In this document: positions 25,567 to 39,162 of the stretch, in pieces
Position numbering within the stretch: the first letter of the stretch is position 1
How the letters are laid out: each line of letters starts with the position of its first letter
DNA from: the human T2T-CHM13v2.0 reference genome, Homo sapiens
Assembly: GCF_009914755.1 (NCBI RefSeq)
Contig: NC_060927.1
DNA: 64,000 nt
Reading direction: 5' to 3' (one strand)
The notes under the pieces: generated by a model
The model's input: only the letters and a program-made list of their open reading frames with translations
Databases searched by the model: none
Told to the model about the DNA's origin: nothing
Made by a program: the position numbers and the translations under genes

Positions 25567-27923
25567 GATGTTTTCTTATCTTTAAAATGGAACCAATAAG
25601 CCCAGGAATGCTATGAATTGTTGATACGAAGAGGCATACAAAGCCTAAACACAAAGCCTTCAGTCCACAGTTGCTACCCCATAGCTGTTGAGGAAAAAGA
25701 GAGCAGCCTAGAAGAGGGTCTTAGAAGGAGTGATGGAGAAAGCTAGAGGATAGCCAGGATGGGATGGTGTCATTGAAGCCACAGGGTAAGAGAACTTCAA
25801 GGAGGAAAGAGTTGGCAATTATGTCATCTGGCTGAAGAGAGGTCAGGTCAGAAGAGGGCTGAAAAATGCCCTTTGGATTTAGCAATTAGAAGGTCACTGG
25901 TACCCTTGACAAGAACACTTTGAGTGGAGTGCTGGGGCTGGAAGCCAGGAAGCAGGGGTCAGCGGTCAAGCCCGGAATCCAAGCTGCCTGGCTGCCAACG
26001 TCAGTGTTCTCTTTGCTATGCCAGGAGCTGCTTCCTTTTGAGAATTCCCATTGAAGTCATGCCTCAAAAATACTCATTTGGAGAGCACTAAACAGTAGGA
26101 TTCCACAATCTGTGAATGAAAATGGCCCCTCTTCATCTTTTTAAATTTTTTTGTGTGGATAAAGCAAAGGTGGTTGTTTCCTTTCATTAGAAATATGTTA
26201 TATCCTTTTGGAGGGTTTGTATTTACCATTTCATTGATATATTCTTCTTTCTTATATAACATATTTTGCAAAAATAAAAACAAACAAAACAAAACCCAAA
26301 CAACATATGTGCTTTGCATGAAACTCAGAAAGTTCAAACCCCTCGCTCTGTGTACGTGTTTGAGGCAAAGTGTGGGACTAGGAAAACTCTAGGAGAACCG
26401 TGCCACTTGGCAAATCCTCCTTTAACAAATGATAGCAGTTGCATTTAAGATTCATTTGGTCATACGGATCATGTTTGTCAGGGCTGTCATTAAAAGCCTA
26501 ATATTTCCCCCATTGCAGACTGTCTCCGAGTAATCCAAACGTGGGCAGCAGCTAAGCACGGTCAATTTCATGACCTCCTTCCTGCTACCCACCTCCCCCT
26601 CCCAGCTATCTCAACTCCCAAGTGGATGATCCCTCATCCCTAGCAACAACTGCAGCTGCTACTGTTTCTTGACTCTGGCGAAGAAAGTGGGCTTGGGGCC
26701 AGGCCTACTGTCCAGGGCTCCCAGTGGAAGATGCTAGAAGAGGGCAGCGCACACTCTCTCACCGTCAGTGACCCAAGTTCATCACCTTGACCAAACATCT
26801 GGATTACAACACACAGAGTTCAAAGGTCCAGAGTGTGTGTCTGCACCTGGCCAGGCTGTTTAAACGGAGCTGACTTAAACCAAACACCAGACCTCGGTGC
26901 TGTTATTTATGTGGAAGATTGGATGCCAAGTATAAATAATAACTACAGCATCTTCTCTCCACAGGCTTTGTGATTAAAGGATGCATATAAAGGATGCATA
27001 TTCACCATCTACTGTGCATGAAGAGCTACCCACCTCTACTCTGAGTACCAGACTCTTCTCCCTAGCAGGCAGATTTCCTTTCTACCAACCGTTTTTTAAT
27101 GTTTGTTTGCCTGAATAGTATCGAGACTCCCTTCTGCTGTGGAGCCCTCACTGGCCTCTTCATTTCAGGTCATCAGGTGGAGAGCATGCTGCAGAGAGGA
27201 CTGTTCCCATGCCCAGGAGAGGCTTGCGAGTGAGCTCCGTGTAATCACTCACTGGCAGAATGCAGTGCAGGGGGCTGGGGTTACAGTCAGCGAGGAGCGA
27301 GGCACGATGATGCTTTGGAGTGGAAGTGAGCTTTCAAATCTCAGCAGCCCTGAGTGATTCCTCCACTTAGGGCCAGTGTGTGTGTGATGGGTGTGGTTGA
27401 GAGCTGCCAGGGGCACAGCAGGCGTGGCAGTAGAGGGACAAGTTAGACCATGAGGTTGCTGGGCACAGCACTGGACTTGGTTTTTCTGTTTTTAGAAAGA
27501 GCCCTCAAAATAGAGCATCATTTTTCCCACAAACATGATTTCACCTATTGTCTTGATTGTCATTGTTATCCAGTGTACTAAGTACTAGGGAACAGGGCCA
27601 TTTGTGATAATATTATGAGGGAAGAGAAGACAAGGCTCAAAACCCCAACTAGGATTCTTCGGTTAGAGAGAAAGAAGTGATTGAATGGGAGCATTCAATC
27701 ATTCCTTCATTCGACACATACTTACTGAGCACCTATTATGTGCCAACACCACGCTGGTTACTAAAGCTATAATGATGAAGATGACAGATGAAGTTGCTCC
27801 CATCACAGAGCCCACTCTTCCATGAAGCTAGACTGCATGCCTACTGGGTGCCATGCCCTCCTAGATAACAGCCTTTGGAAGCAGATGAGACAATCAGACA
27901 AGTCACTTCAAAAATGTGTCACG

Positions 27924-28240
<317 letters not shown>

Positions 28241-28293
28241 TCAAGGAAGACCAGGAAGCTATGGATGATAAGAAGGAGACCTGGTCTAGTTTC

Positions 28294-28506
28294 ATAGTTC
28301 TCTACTGGGGGAAGTTACTCTCCACAGGTGACATTTACAGTGTCTGAAGACATTTTTGATTGTCACATGGGTTGGCGGGGTTGCTACTGGCATCTAGTAA
28401 GCAGAAGCCAGAGATGTTGCTAGACATCTACAAGGCACAGGTCAGCCCCCGCACAAAAAGAATTATCCAACTCTAAAGGCCAGTAGTGCTGAGGTTGAGA
28501 AACTCA
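28294..28506. mobile_element. MER20 (hAT-Charlie)
   Basis: gacatttttgattgtcac...gctactggcatctag...aagaattatcc...gaggttgagaaac. Confidence 0.85.
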
Positions 28507-28509
28507 GGT

Positions 28510-29610
28510 GTGGTCCTTGGGTCAAGTAATGCTTTTGGGAAGAAGTGCAGTTTGACTTGAGAACTGAATGATGCCAGGAGTTCAGAGTGCTGAGAATTGA
28601 TGTCCACCATCTAATCAGAGGAAATAGTGGAAGGAAAGAGGAATTCACAGGAGCTTGAGCTCAGGATACAGAGACAGTGAGGGGAGGTCGTAGGAGACGA
28701 AATGCAAAAATCAGTGTGTACTCAGAGAGACTAGAGGGCCTTCTATGCCGTGCTATGAAATGTGGACTTTATTTGGAGGGCATGATGGCTAATACAGTCT
28801 CCACATCATACCCCCCCTCACATACACACATACCCTCTTGGACATTTTTAAAGCCAGTGAGATGATTCAGTTTGCTTTTAGAAAACCCACTCTACCAGCA
28901 ATGCAGATGATTGGAGAGGGAAGAGATTGGAGGCAGGTGAAACCTTATGCACTATAGAAATGATAAATGGAGGCTGTTGCAGTGAACATGGGGAAGCTGC
29001 AATAGACTCCTGAGAATAGAGAAATTTTTATACTTGGTGATGAATTGGATATTGGGAGAGAACGAATTGCTTAGGATGACTCTGGGGTTTCTAGCTGTGG
29101 GCTAGTATGAGTGGTGAAGTGTGTTATAGAGAAGCTTGTAAAGGGACACAGTTCAGTTTAGGAAATGCGATGTTGACGGTCCTATGAGGACATCCAGTTG
29201 GGCATGTTCTGCTCACATCTGGTGCTGCAAAAAGATCTGTCTATGAGATATGAATGGGACCATTGCTAGCACCCACAGATGGTAACCAAAATCTTAGAAG
29301 TGAAAGCAGCATGCCAGGAAAGTGCTGAGTGAGAGAAGAGAAGGCAAAGGGCAGAATGTCAGGGTTCGTAGGTAGGTAAGGAGGCAGAAAGAAGGGACCA
29401 CAGAGGAGGGGCCAGAGAAGTAGAAAGAAAGAGCAGTGAGGCCCACTGAGGGAAGGATTCACTTTAGGAATGAGAACATGGTTAAGCTGTTTAATGGAAC
29501 AGAGGTTCAGCAGAATGCAAAATCAGATGGAGCTATTGGACATGTCAATCAGGAGGTCATTGATGACCTTTTCAACAACAGTTTCACTTTAATAGTGAGG
29601 GTGGAATTTA
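28510..29610 (-). mobile_element. L2 fragments
   Basis: Purine-rich reverse L2 motifs (ggaggtcattgatgacctt, gacatccagttgg). Confidence 0.6.
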
Positions 29611-29639
29611 TTTAAAGACACTTGACTACCCAAATGTAG

Positions 29640-30260
29640 AGGAAGAAAATAAGAACAGAATGTCTTTATATCTCAGCAGAATTTGAATAGCAGTCATTTT
29701 CCAGGCTTGGCAAACAGAAAAGGAGTATACTGATTAATTAGCAGAAAACCAGATTAACAGTAGCCCAAATCATAAGAACAGTTATTGTATACTAAGAAAG
29801 AAGTCTGGAGAGCAGCAGCCTCCAAGTTGATTTGGCAGCTTAGCAATGTCATTAAGAATCTGGACTCTTCCTATTTTTCTGCTCTGCCATCTTAACAGTG
29901 TTGGCTTTTGTCCTCATGCTTGTATCTCCCTCATGGTCCCAAAATAGCAGCTTGCAGCTCCAAGCATCCCATGACGGTAGCTAAAGCAGGGAGGAAGAGG
30001 GCAGGGACCAAGATGAGGCTCACCTCATGTTCCTCTCTCCTTTTATTATGACACTTCCCCTTATGTCTCATTGGCCAGAATGCATTCACATGCCCTCACC
30101 TAGACCAACTAAGGTAAAGCCAAATGAGACTGCCATAAATGGCTTGCATTAATCAGGCTTTTTACCCTGGGGCTAGGCACGTGGCTGCCTAAGCAAAATT
30201 TGTGTTCTGTTCACAAGGGAGAAGGGGGACTCGCAATGGGGGTGGCCACCAATGGTGTCT
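29640..30260. mobile_element. Old MLT1-type LTR
   Basis: gctctgccatctt...tgtctcattggccagaa. Confidence 0.55.
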
Positions 30261-30499
30261 GCTGCAGGAAATCATCCTTTCACAGGGTGAGGGCAAGCTA
30301 TAGAGGGCAAACCAGAGGCTTACAGAATGAGGCAAGCCCTTGGAGAGCTTCAAAAAGAGTAATTCGCTTCTGTAGTTGATATTCACAGCAGAAACATTTT
30401 AATATCCACCATTAATAGCATACCAATGTTGGGCAGAAGGCTGATTGCTTTGCAGAGCTTATATTCTACACCCCGTAATACCAAGAGCTAGGTAGTAAT

Positions 30500-30740
30500 T
30501 ATGAAGATGGTGCTGATGATAAAGTGTTCTTATTGATTGCTTACTATGTGCCAGGCACTTTATATTCATTATCTCAATTAATCCTCAAAATACAAGTGAG
30601 ATGGATGCTATTAATATTTCCATTTTGCAGAGGAGAAAACTGAGGTGTATGGAGGTCCAATAATTTGCCCAGTCTCTCAGCTAGCAGCATCCAACCCACA
30701 GCTCTCTCAGCCCAACCTCAGCCCAACTGACTACATTCTA
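30500..30740 (-). mobile_element. MIR
   Basis: cttactatgtgccaggcact...cattttgcagaggagaaaactgagg. Confidence 0.8.
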
Positions 30741-31777
30741 CTATCTCCTTACATAAAAAGAAGTCACTGGAAGGTTTTGTTATACCCTGGAGGTGGAAGC
30801 AATTGCATGTGAGAATGGAAAATCTGCTGCCATGAGCATTCTCTAGGAGTGTCCTGAGTTTTCAGCAATTCCATTTTCCCACACAACTTTGTAACTAAAG
30901 CAAATACATCGGACAGCCCATTCTTACCAGCTTTGCACCCTTGTTAACAAGCTCACTAGTCTTACATTGTACTCCAGGGACCTGGAGAACGAGATCATTA
31001 AGCATGCTCACTGGATAAATGTATGCCATGGCAACCAGAGGTTCTCCTTGGTTGGAGCAGCCACACAGATGAGATTTGGGGGACAGTGAACAAATTCTGA
31101 GGGGATTCACACTGAGGAAACAGGGGGCCCCCAACAAAAGAGTACAAAAGCTGTCTTGGATGTTCAACATATTTCCAACCAGAATTGAGGTTTGCATCTT
31201 GATTTCTGAGAAGAAGAGCTGGCATTTCTGGGTGTTATGTTCTTGGCTCTATGCTAAGCATTCTATTATACATGCATCAGCTCACTGAACCTCACAATGA
31301 AGTTATGAAGAAGAAGCTTTTACCATCTTTGTTGAGGAAAATGAGGCTTAGAGTGTTTAATGAATTTGTTTAAGGAGGTACAGCTAGTGAGTGGCAGAGA
31401 TGAGATTTGAACCCACCCAGATCTGTCCCTCCAGACTGATCATTTTTACCTCCTACACTTTACTGCCTAGGTACTCCCTAGGTACTGCCATGCATAAATA
31501 TCTCTAGGTATCAAATGAACACCTGGGGCAGAAGGAAGGAGATCTTAAAATTCACAGTCTTTCTGTCCCCTTAAAATCCAAATTCCATTCCACATATATT
31601 CTAAAATGTATATACTTCAGGATGAACACACATACACAATTAAAATCATGGCAGCATGTTGGAAAGGCATTTTAACAGTGCCTAGAAACAAAATACTGTG
31701 TAACACTTTAGCTGTGCCCATAGTGTCTTGTGGGTTGGAGAGAGGATTTTCACCTTCCTTAGAAAGAAATCAAAGAC

Positions 31778-32096
31778 AGCCAGGTGCGGTGGCTCACGCC
31801 TGTAATCCCAGCACTTTGGGAGGCTGAGGTGAGCAGATCAGCCGAGGTCAGGAGTTTGAGACCAGCCTGGCCAACATAGTGACACGCTGTCTCTACGAAA
31901 AATACGCAAATTAGCCAGCCATGGTGATATACGCTTATAGTCCCAGCTACTTGGGAGGTTGAGGCAGGAAAATTGCTTGAACCCAGGAGGTGGAGGTTGC
32001 AGTGAGCCAAGATTGTGCCACTACACTCCAGACTGGGCTACAGAGCAAGGCTCTGTCTCAAAAAAAACAGAAACAAAAACAAAAACAAAAAAAAAC
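31778..32096 (+). mobile_element. AluS
   Basis: Full dimer with A-rich tail. Confidence 0.92.
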
Positions 32097-33323
32097 TACA
32101 ATAAAAAACCTCTAAGACAAGCCAGGCTTTCTCAGGAATAACACTGGATTTCCTTAGTTTGTATCTTCACTCAGTTGTTTTGCTAAACCAAGTCCCAAAG
32201 CTGCCCAGATTGCCCTCTGTGGATGGGACTAGGGGTGTGTGGGAGACAAGCCAGAAGGTGACAAAAGAAAACCCTCCAGTGAACATGCAGAAACCCAGTT
32301 CTAGGTACCAATATCAGCCCCTCTTTCCCTTGAGAATGACTTCTAGAATTTGGATTCCTCTCTCCAAAATAGAGATTAGAGATACTATCCAGAAATACAA
32401 TGATCACAAGTCATAATCAAAATCTAAAGCAGGGGATATCTGAAACAATGTTATATCCATCCAAGGCTGCCCCTAGCCCACAAGCCACCCACAGCGTGGT
32501 TTAGGATGTGAATTGGAACACAGCATCTCTTCCTCTGGGCAGTACAGCCTTGTGCCAGAGTACATGATTTGGTGAGTGGAGGCCAGGCTGAATTTGGCCC
32601 TCACTGTGCAAGGTACGATAAAAAATGGCAGGTTTGACCCAGGTCTTGACTCAGATTTCCAGATTATTTTTCAGTTGTTAAAAGCAGAAAGCTGGGGGAC
32701 ACATTCTCACTCAGCTAAAAGGAAAAGGAGGGAAATTCTGAGAACTTTTTGGTTGTTGAATTACTTAAATCCTGCAGCTCAGCCTGGAAAGACTCAATTA
32801 AGAGGTGTTGTAGGAAATCCTCAGAACCATGAAAGGCCCAAGGCCATGTTCAAAATGCTTTCAAAAACTGTTAGAATGGAACCATTTTGTTTAGTTCCAC
32901 AAAATTGGCATTGACCCAGCCAATACCTCTCCTTTTAGCCTCATCTCTCAGCCTCATTCACAATTCCTCATAGCACTGGAGGAAAGACAATACAGTTCTT
33001 AAGAGGACTGGGCTATGATTTAGGTTTACAATTGGCCATAGTACTTTGGAACTGTGTGTAGTTAGGCAAGTTGAGCTCACTTCTGTGAGCTCTGGTTTCC
33101 TTAAAGGATTATTATAGTGGATAAATGGGATAATAACGTATAAAGCACTTTATGCAATTCTTGCCCCATGGAAAATGAACAGTAAATAATAGCCATTATT
33201 AACCTAAGCAGTGCTGGAAGAAAGAACTCAGGAGTGATCAGAATATATGACCCCCTTTCTTTTCTTTTTCTTTTTTTTTTTTTTTTGCCTCAATACCAAG
33301 TTGGATTATGATTAGCACTATTA

Positions 33324-33746
<423 letters not shown>

Positions 33747-34057
33747 TTAGCTAAGTATGGTAGTGAAGACAAAAATGAAAAAAATGTCCTTTCCCTTTAA
33801 CAGGTTTGCAGATGGGTGAAAAAAAGAAGTAGCAAAGAGGCATCTGCTATTATCAGTTCAGAAAATATTCTGGAGGTGTTCTGTCATCTCTTCCCTGCCT
33901 CATCTGTCACTTGGAAGAGCCAGCTCCCACCATGTCATATGTCCCCTGATTCATCCTGGGTACAGCTGATTGGACCACAGCTAGACACCAGATCACACTA
34001 AGCCAATCAGATTCTGTCCTGGGAATTTAAAATTGGGTGAATTTGAATTCAGACTCA

Positions 34058-34252
<195 letters not shown>

Positions 34253-35334
34253 TCAAAGCTGATGGAATTTTTGGCCCTGGGCATTAACAAGCAGAGAATT
34301 CCAGGGGAAAGCAATGATGAGAGGCTAAGTAGCTACGAAGAGAGAGGGAAAGAGATGGAAGGAATAGCCTTCCTTGGTTCCTAATGGTTTTTCAGCTCCT
34401 ATGAGTCTCGGCTACCCTTTCTTTAATGGGGCTCCATGCATCTTCTCTTCTGATAAACCCTTTTTGACTTGAGCTGTTCATCACCCACTGGTTCCACACA
34501 AGGGCTGAGTGTGTGGACCTCTCTGATTAGATATAAGAAATTGCCAAAGGCCATTCATATATGGTCCCTTTAATCAAAATAACTGCCTCTTGAAAGCCTA
34601 ATTAATCATTTGGTTTTAGTCCAAACAGCTGTTTGGCAATTGATGTCATTTGAAGTATCAACACCTTTTACTGGGAATACCACAGGTCTTGGGCCTATAG
34701 GCATGTGCTTGTTTTCAAGGCTGGCTTAACGGACCCTTGATGCCAACATCACCCAGTTATGCTGAAGACAGGGACATCTAGTCAGCAGTCCATACACAGT
34801 ATCCATCCAAAAGATCTTTTAAAAAATCATAAACACTGTTACTTCAATCCAAGCACTCTTTCTAAATATCCTGAGCTCGCTGGTACACTAGCAACATTAT
34901 TTTGCTATTGCCAGCACCTCTAAAACTTAATTCAGGAAAGTCTATGAAAGGGGTATTGTGTTCATGGAATATGTATATTGCCCGTACATCAATTGGCATC
35001 TTGGGACTGCTCTGGGGCACAAAGGTCAAAGTTTAGTGATGCATGGAGCTGTCATCCTAATGGTAAATATTGATTAGTAGCCTCAGAAACAACCAGCAGG
35101 CATTCAGTCTTTCTCCAGCCAGACGCCAGCCTCCCAAAGAAGGAGTGTCTTTCCAAGAGAGCCTTAAAAACAATGCATGGAACATTCAACCCTGCAATAC
35201 ACAGAGACACTGAGAGAGTGAATGACTGCTTCAGCAGAGTAAGTGGAAAACGATAAACAGCATTGTGCAGCGTCTGCATAGCAATGACACTTGGTAGGAA
35301 AGTACTGAAAACCAATAAATATCATATATATAGA

Positions 35335-35940
35335 TATGTTTTCTATTGCTGCCATAACAAATTACCCCAAACTTAGTGAACTGAAAATAATACAAATTTA
35401 TTTATCTTAGACGTCTGTAGGTCTGAAGTCCCAGTTGGCGCTACTGGTTTTTCTTCCCTGGCTTTCACAGGGCCAAAATCAAGGTGTTAGCAGGGCTGCA
35501 TTCCTTTCTGGAGACTCCAGCACTGAATTGCTTTCAGGGTTTTTCAGGTTGTTCAGTTCCTGACAGTTGCAGAGCCCAGATCCCCGTCTTCTTGCTGGCT
35601 ATCAACTGGGGTGGAGTCTTAGCTCCTAGAGGCGGCCCATCTTCATTTTCATGCTTTACACGTTGCCTTTTCCAGCAACAGTGAGGTCCTCTCACACTTT
35701 GAATCTTTCCAACTTCCACTTCTGGCAAATCTCTCCTGCCTCCAGCCAAAGTTCTGTTTTTAAGGGCTCAGGTAATTAGATTGGACCCACTCAGCTCATC
35801 TAAGATAATGTATTTTAAAGTTTGTAACTTTAATTACATCTGCAAAGTCCCTTTTGTCTTGTAGTGTAACACACTCACAATATGTTCCAGGAAATTAGGA
35901 ACGTGGACATTTTGGGAGGCTCATTATTTGGTCTACCACA
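35335..35940 (-). mobile_element. MLT1 (E-like) LTR
   Basis: ctattgctgccataacaaattacc...taattacatctgcaaagtcccttttg...ctaccaca. Confidence 0.8.
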
Positions 35941-36033
35941 ATATATATACTTTTATATCCTGAAAAACAGGGTTGCAGCTGGAGCTCTAGTAGGTTCTGC
36001 CTTGCAATCTGACTGAGCAAAATGCATTTGATG

Positions 36034-36790
36034 GTGTATTAGTTACCTATTGCTGCATAACAAATTACTCCAAAACTTAGTGGCTTAAAACAATAAATCT
36101 TCATTATTCTACACATTCCCTGTGTTGAGAATCTTCCACAGCTCAGCTGGGTACCTGTACTCCAAGACAGGGGTTCCCAACCCCCAGGTCATAGACTGGT
36201 ACTGGTCTATGGCCTGTTAGGATCAGGCCACACAGCAGGAGGTGAGCGGTGGGCGAGTGAGCATTACTGCCTGAGCTTCGCCTCCTGCCAGATCAGCAGC
36301 AGCATTAGATTCTCATAGGAGTGTTAAGAGGGATCTAGGTTGTGTGTTCTTTATGAGACTCTAATGGCTAATGACCTGAGGTGGAAGAGTTTCATCCCAA
36401 AACCATCCCCACCCCCCAACCCCGGTCTGTGGGAAAATTGCCTTCCACGAAACTGGTCCCAGGTGCCAAAAAGGTTGGGGACTGCTGCTCTGAGGTATCT
36501 CATAAGGTTGCAACAAGCTGTTCACCAGGGCTGTGGTTTCATTTGAAGGCTCAACATAGGGGTCAAAGATCCGCTTCCCAGCCTATTCACATGTTGGCAG
36601 GCCTGGGAAGATACATGTCCAAGTTCACTCATCCGATTGTTGGCAGACTCCTCACCATGGGAGTTCCTCCACAGGCTGCCTGAGTGTCCTCCCAACATGG
36701 CAGCTGGTGATCTGAAAGAGAGAGCCAGTGAACAACAGAGTAAGCACAGCAAGACAGAGTGAGGGAGCTCGAAATGGAAGCCACAGTCTT
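36034..36790 (-). mobile_element. MLT1 (F-like) LTR interrupted by MER1B
   Basis: tgtattagttacctattgctgcataacaaattactccaaaacttagtggcttaaaacaa. Confidence 0.75.
36169..36487. mobile_element. MER1B (hAT-Charlie)
   Basis: caggggttcccaacccc...ggtgccaaaaaggttggggactgctg terminal inverted repeats. Confidence 0.88.
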
Positions 36791-36809
36791 TTTTTAAAAA
36801 AAAAAACTA

Positions 36810-37085
36810 TTTTTTTTTTTTTTTTTTGAGACGGAGTCTCGCTCTGTCACCCAGGCCAGGAGTACAGTGTCAAGATCTCAGCTCACTGCAACCTCCACTT
36901 CCGGGTTCAAGAGATTCTCCTGCCTCAGCCTCCTAAGTAGCTGGGATTACAGGCGTGTGGCGCCACGCCCAGCTACTTTTTGTAGTTTTAGTAGAGATGG
37001 GGTTTCACCCTGTTGGCCAAGCTGGACTCAAACTCCTGACCTCAGGTGATCCACCCGCCTTGGCCTCCCAAAGTGCTGGGATTAA
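36810..37085 (-). mobile_element. AluS lacking its first ~25 nt
   Basis: Reverse Alu ending at gctgggatta. Confidence 0.92.
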
Positions 37086-37086
37086 T

Positions 37087-37248
37087 CCAGGCATGGTGGC
37101 AGGCACCTATAATCCCAGCTATTTGGGAGGCTGAGGCAGGAGAGTTGCTTGAACTGGCAGGCAGAGGCTACAGTGAGCTGGGATCACACCACTGCACTCC
37201 AGCCTGGGTGACAGAGCGAGACTCCGTCTCAAAAATAAAGAAAGAAAA
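37087..37248 (+). mobile_element. Alu right monomer
   Basis: ccaggcatggtggcaggcacctataatcccagc...ccgtctcaaaaa. Confidence 0.9.
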
Positions 37249-37249
37249 C

Positions 37250-38030
37250 TATCTTTACCATTTTTAAGTGTGCACTTTCATAGTGTTAAATATATTCACA
37301 TTGTTGTGCAACGGACCTCCAGAATTTTCATCTTGAAAAACTGAAACTGTACTCATTAAACAACAACCCTCATTTCTGTTTCCCCCCAGCTTCTGGAAAC
37401 CACCATTCTACTTTCTGTATCTATGAATTTGACTATACTAGGTACCTCATACACATAAAAGCATACAGTCTTCGTCTTTTTGTGTTTGGTTTTTTCATTT
37501 AGCATAATGTCCTCAAGGTTCATCCATGTTGTAGCATGTGTCCAAATTTCCTTCCTCTTTAAGACTGAATAATAGCTCATTGTATGTTGCTGTGGTTTGG
37601 ATGTTTGTCCCCTCCAACACTCATGTTGAAATGTAATTGCCATTGGAACCATATGAAGAAGTAGGACCCTGAAGAGGTGATTAAGACATGAGGGCTCCAC
37701 TCTTATGGGTGGGTTTAGTGCCTTTTAGAAAGGGCTTTGGGGAGTGGGTTCTCTGTCTGTGTCCTTCTGCTTTTCTGCCATGTGAGGAACACAGTGTCCC
37801 TCCCTTCCAGAGGAGACAGCGTTCAAGGTGCCATCTTGGAAGTGGAGATAGGGCTCTTACCAGACACCAAGCCTGCCGGCACCTTGCTCTTAAACTCCCC
37901 AGCTTCCACAACTGTGAGAAATAAATGTCTTTATACATTACCCAGTCTATGGCATTCTGTTATAGCAGCACAAAATGGGCTAAGACATGTGTACATGTCA
38001 CATTTTAAAAATCCATTCATCCATCAGTAG
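37250..38030 (-). mobile_element. L1MB-like 3' fragment interrupted by an MST LTR
   Basis: ORF 37356-37700 contains the L1 signature YYSVLKRKEIWTHATTWMNLEDIMLNE. Confidence 0.85.
37588..37987 (+). mobile_element. MST-family solo LTR
   Basis: TG...CA ends (tgctgtggtttggatg...ctaagaca); flanks TATGT/TGTGT resemble a 5-bp TSD. Confidence 0.88.
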
Positions 38031-38254
38031 GCACCGATGGGACTGAAGGGTCCGTGCAGAAAGATGGCTCAGGCCTCCAGTGTGCCAAACTTCCCTTTTG
38101 ATAAGGTTTCCTAAACTTCCCTTTTGATTCACTTGATGGGGGGTGGATATTAAAAAACAGATTCTTGTATTCCTCCACTGGAAGTGGTAAATCAGTCGGC
38201 TTCAGTGGGCCCTGGGAATCTGTTTTTCTAAACAATTGCCCAGGGCATTCTTTT

Positions 38255-38690
38255 TTTTTTTTTTTTTTTTTTTTGCCTTTTTAAAAAATTAAGGTATAAT
38301 TCACATACCATATAATTCACCCTTTTATACAATTCAGTGGTTTTTATTATATTCACAAAGTTGTGCAACTACCACCACCATCTGAGAATATTTCATCACC
38401 CCATAAAGAAACCCACACCCATTAGCAGTCACCCCCGATTCCTCTCTCCCTCCAAGCCCCTGACGACCGCTGATCTACTTTCTGTCTCTATCGATTTGCC
38501 TACTCAGGATATTTCATATAAATGGAACCATGTGATATGTGGCCTCTTGCGTCTGGCTTATTTTACTTAGCATAATGTTTTCAAGGTTCATCTACCATTG
38601 TCCTGTATATCAATACTTCATTCCTTTTTACGACTGAATAATATTCCATTGTATGGATATAGCATGTTTTATTTCTTAGTTTACTTGTCG
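38255..38690 (-). mobile_element. L1MB-like 3' end with poly(T)
   Basis: gtataattcacataccatataattcaccc...ctactttctgtctctat. Confidence 0.85.
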
Positions 38691-38858
38691 ATGAGTCCAT
38701 GAGATTCTTACCGTAAAGGAAACCTGGGGAAAGGCTACATACTAAATTGTACAGGGAGATCAAAAGCAGATAGGATACCCAGGATGCTTGTAAAAATGCA
38801 GGTCTCTGGACCAAACTCCAAATCTCTTGAGTTAGAATCAAGGGGAAGCCCAGAAATC

Positions 38859-39162
38859 TTTTTTTTTTTTTTTTTTTTTTTTTAAAGACAGGGTCTGGCT
38901 GTGTCTCACAGGCCGGATGCAGTGGTGTGATCTAGGCTGACTGCAATCTCCGCCTCACAGGCTCAAGCAATCCTCCCACCTTAGCCTCCTGAGTAACTGA
39001 GACCACAGGCTCGTGCCACCATGCCCAGCTAATTTTTTGTATTTTTAATAGACATGGGGTTTTGCCATATTGCCCATGCTGGTCTCGAACCCCTGAGCTC
39101 AAGTGATCTGCCTGCCTTGGCCTCTCAAAATGCTGGGATCACACGCATGAGGCACCATGCCA
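38859..39162 (-). mobile_element. AluJ-like element inside a MER5-like element
   Basis: Reverse Alu. Confidence 0.9.

Noticed and set aside
38087-38128. 16-bp direct repeat AAACTTCCCTTTTGAT with a 10-nt spacer
   Set aside because: Only two units at a repeat junction; a local slippage product, not an array.
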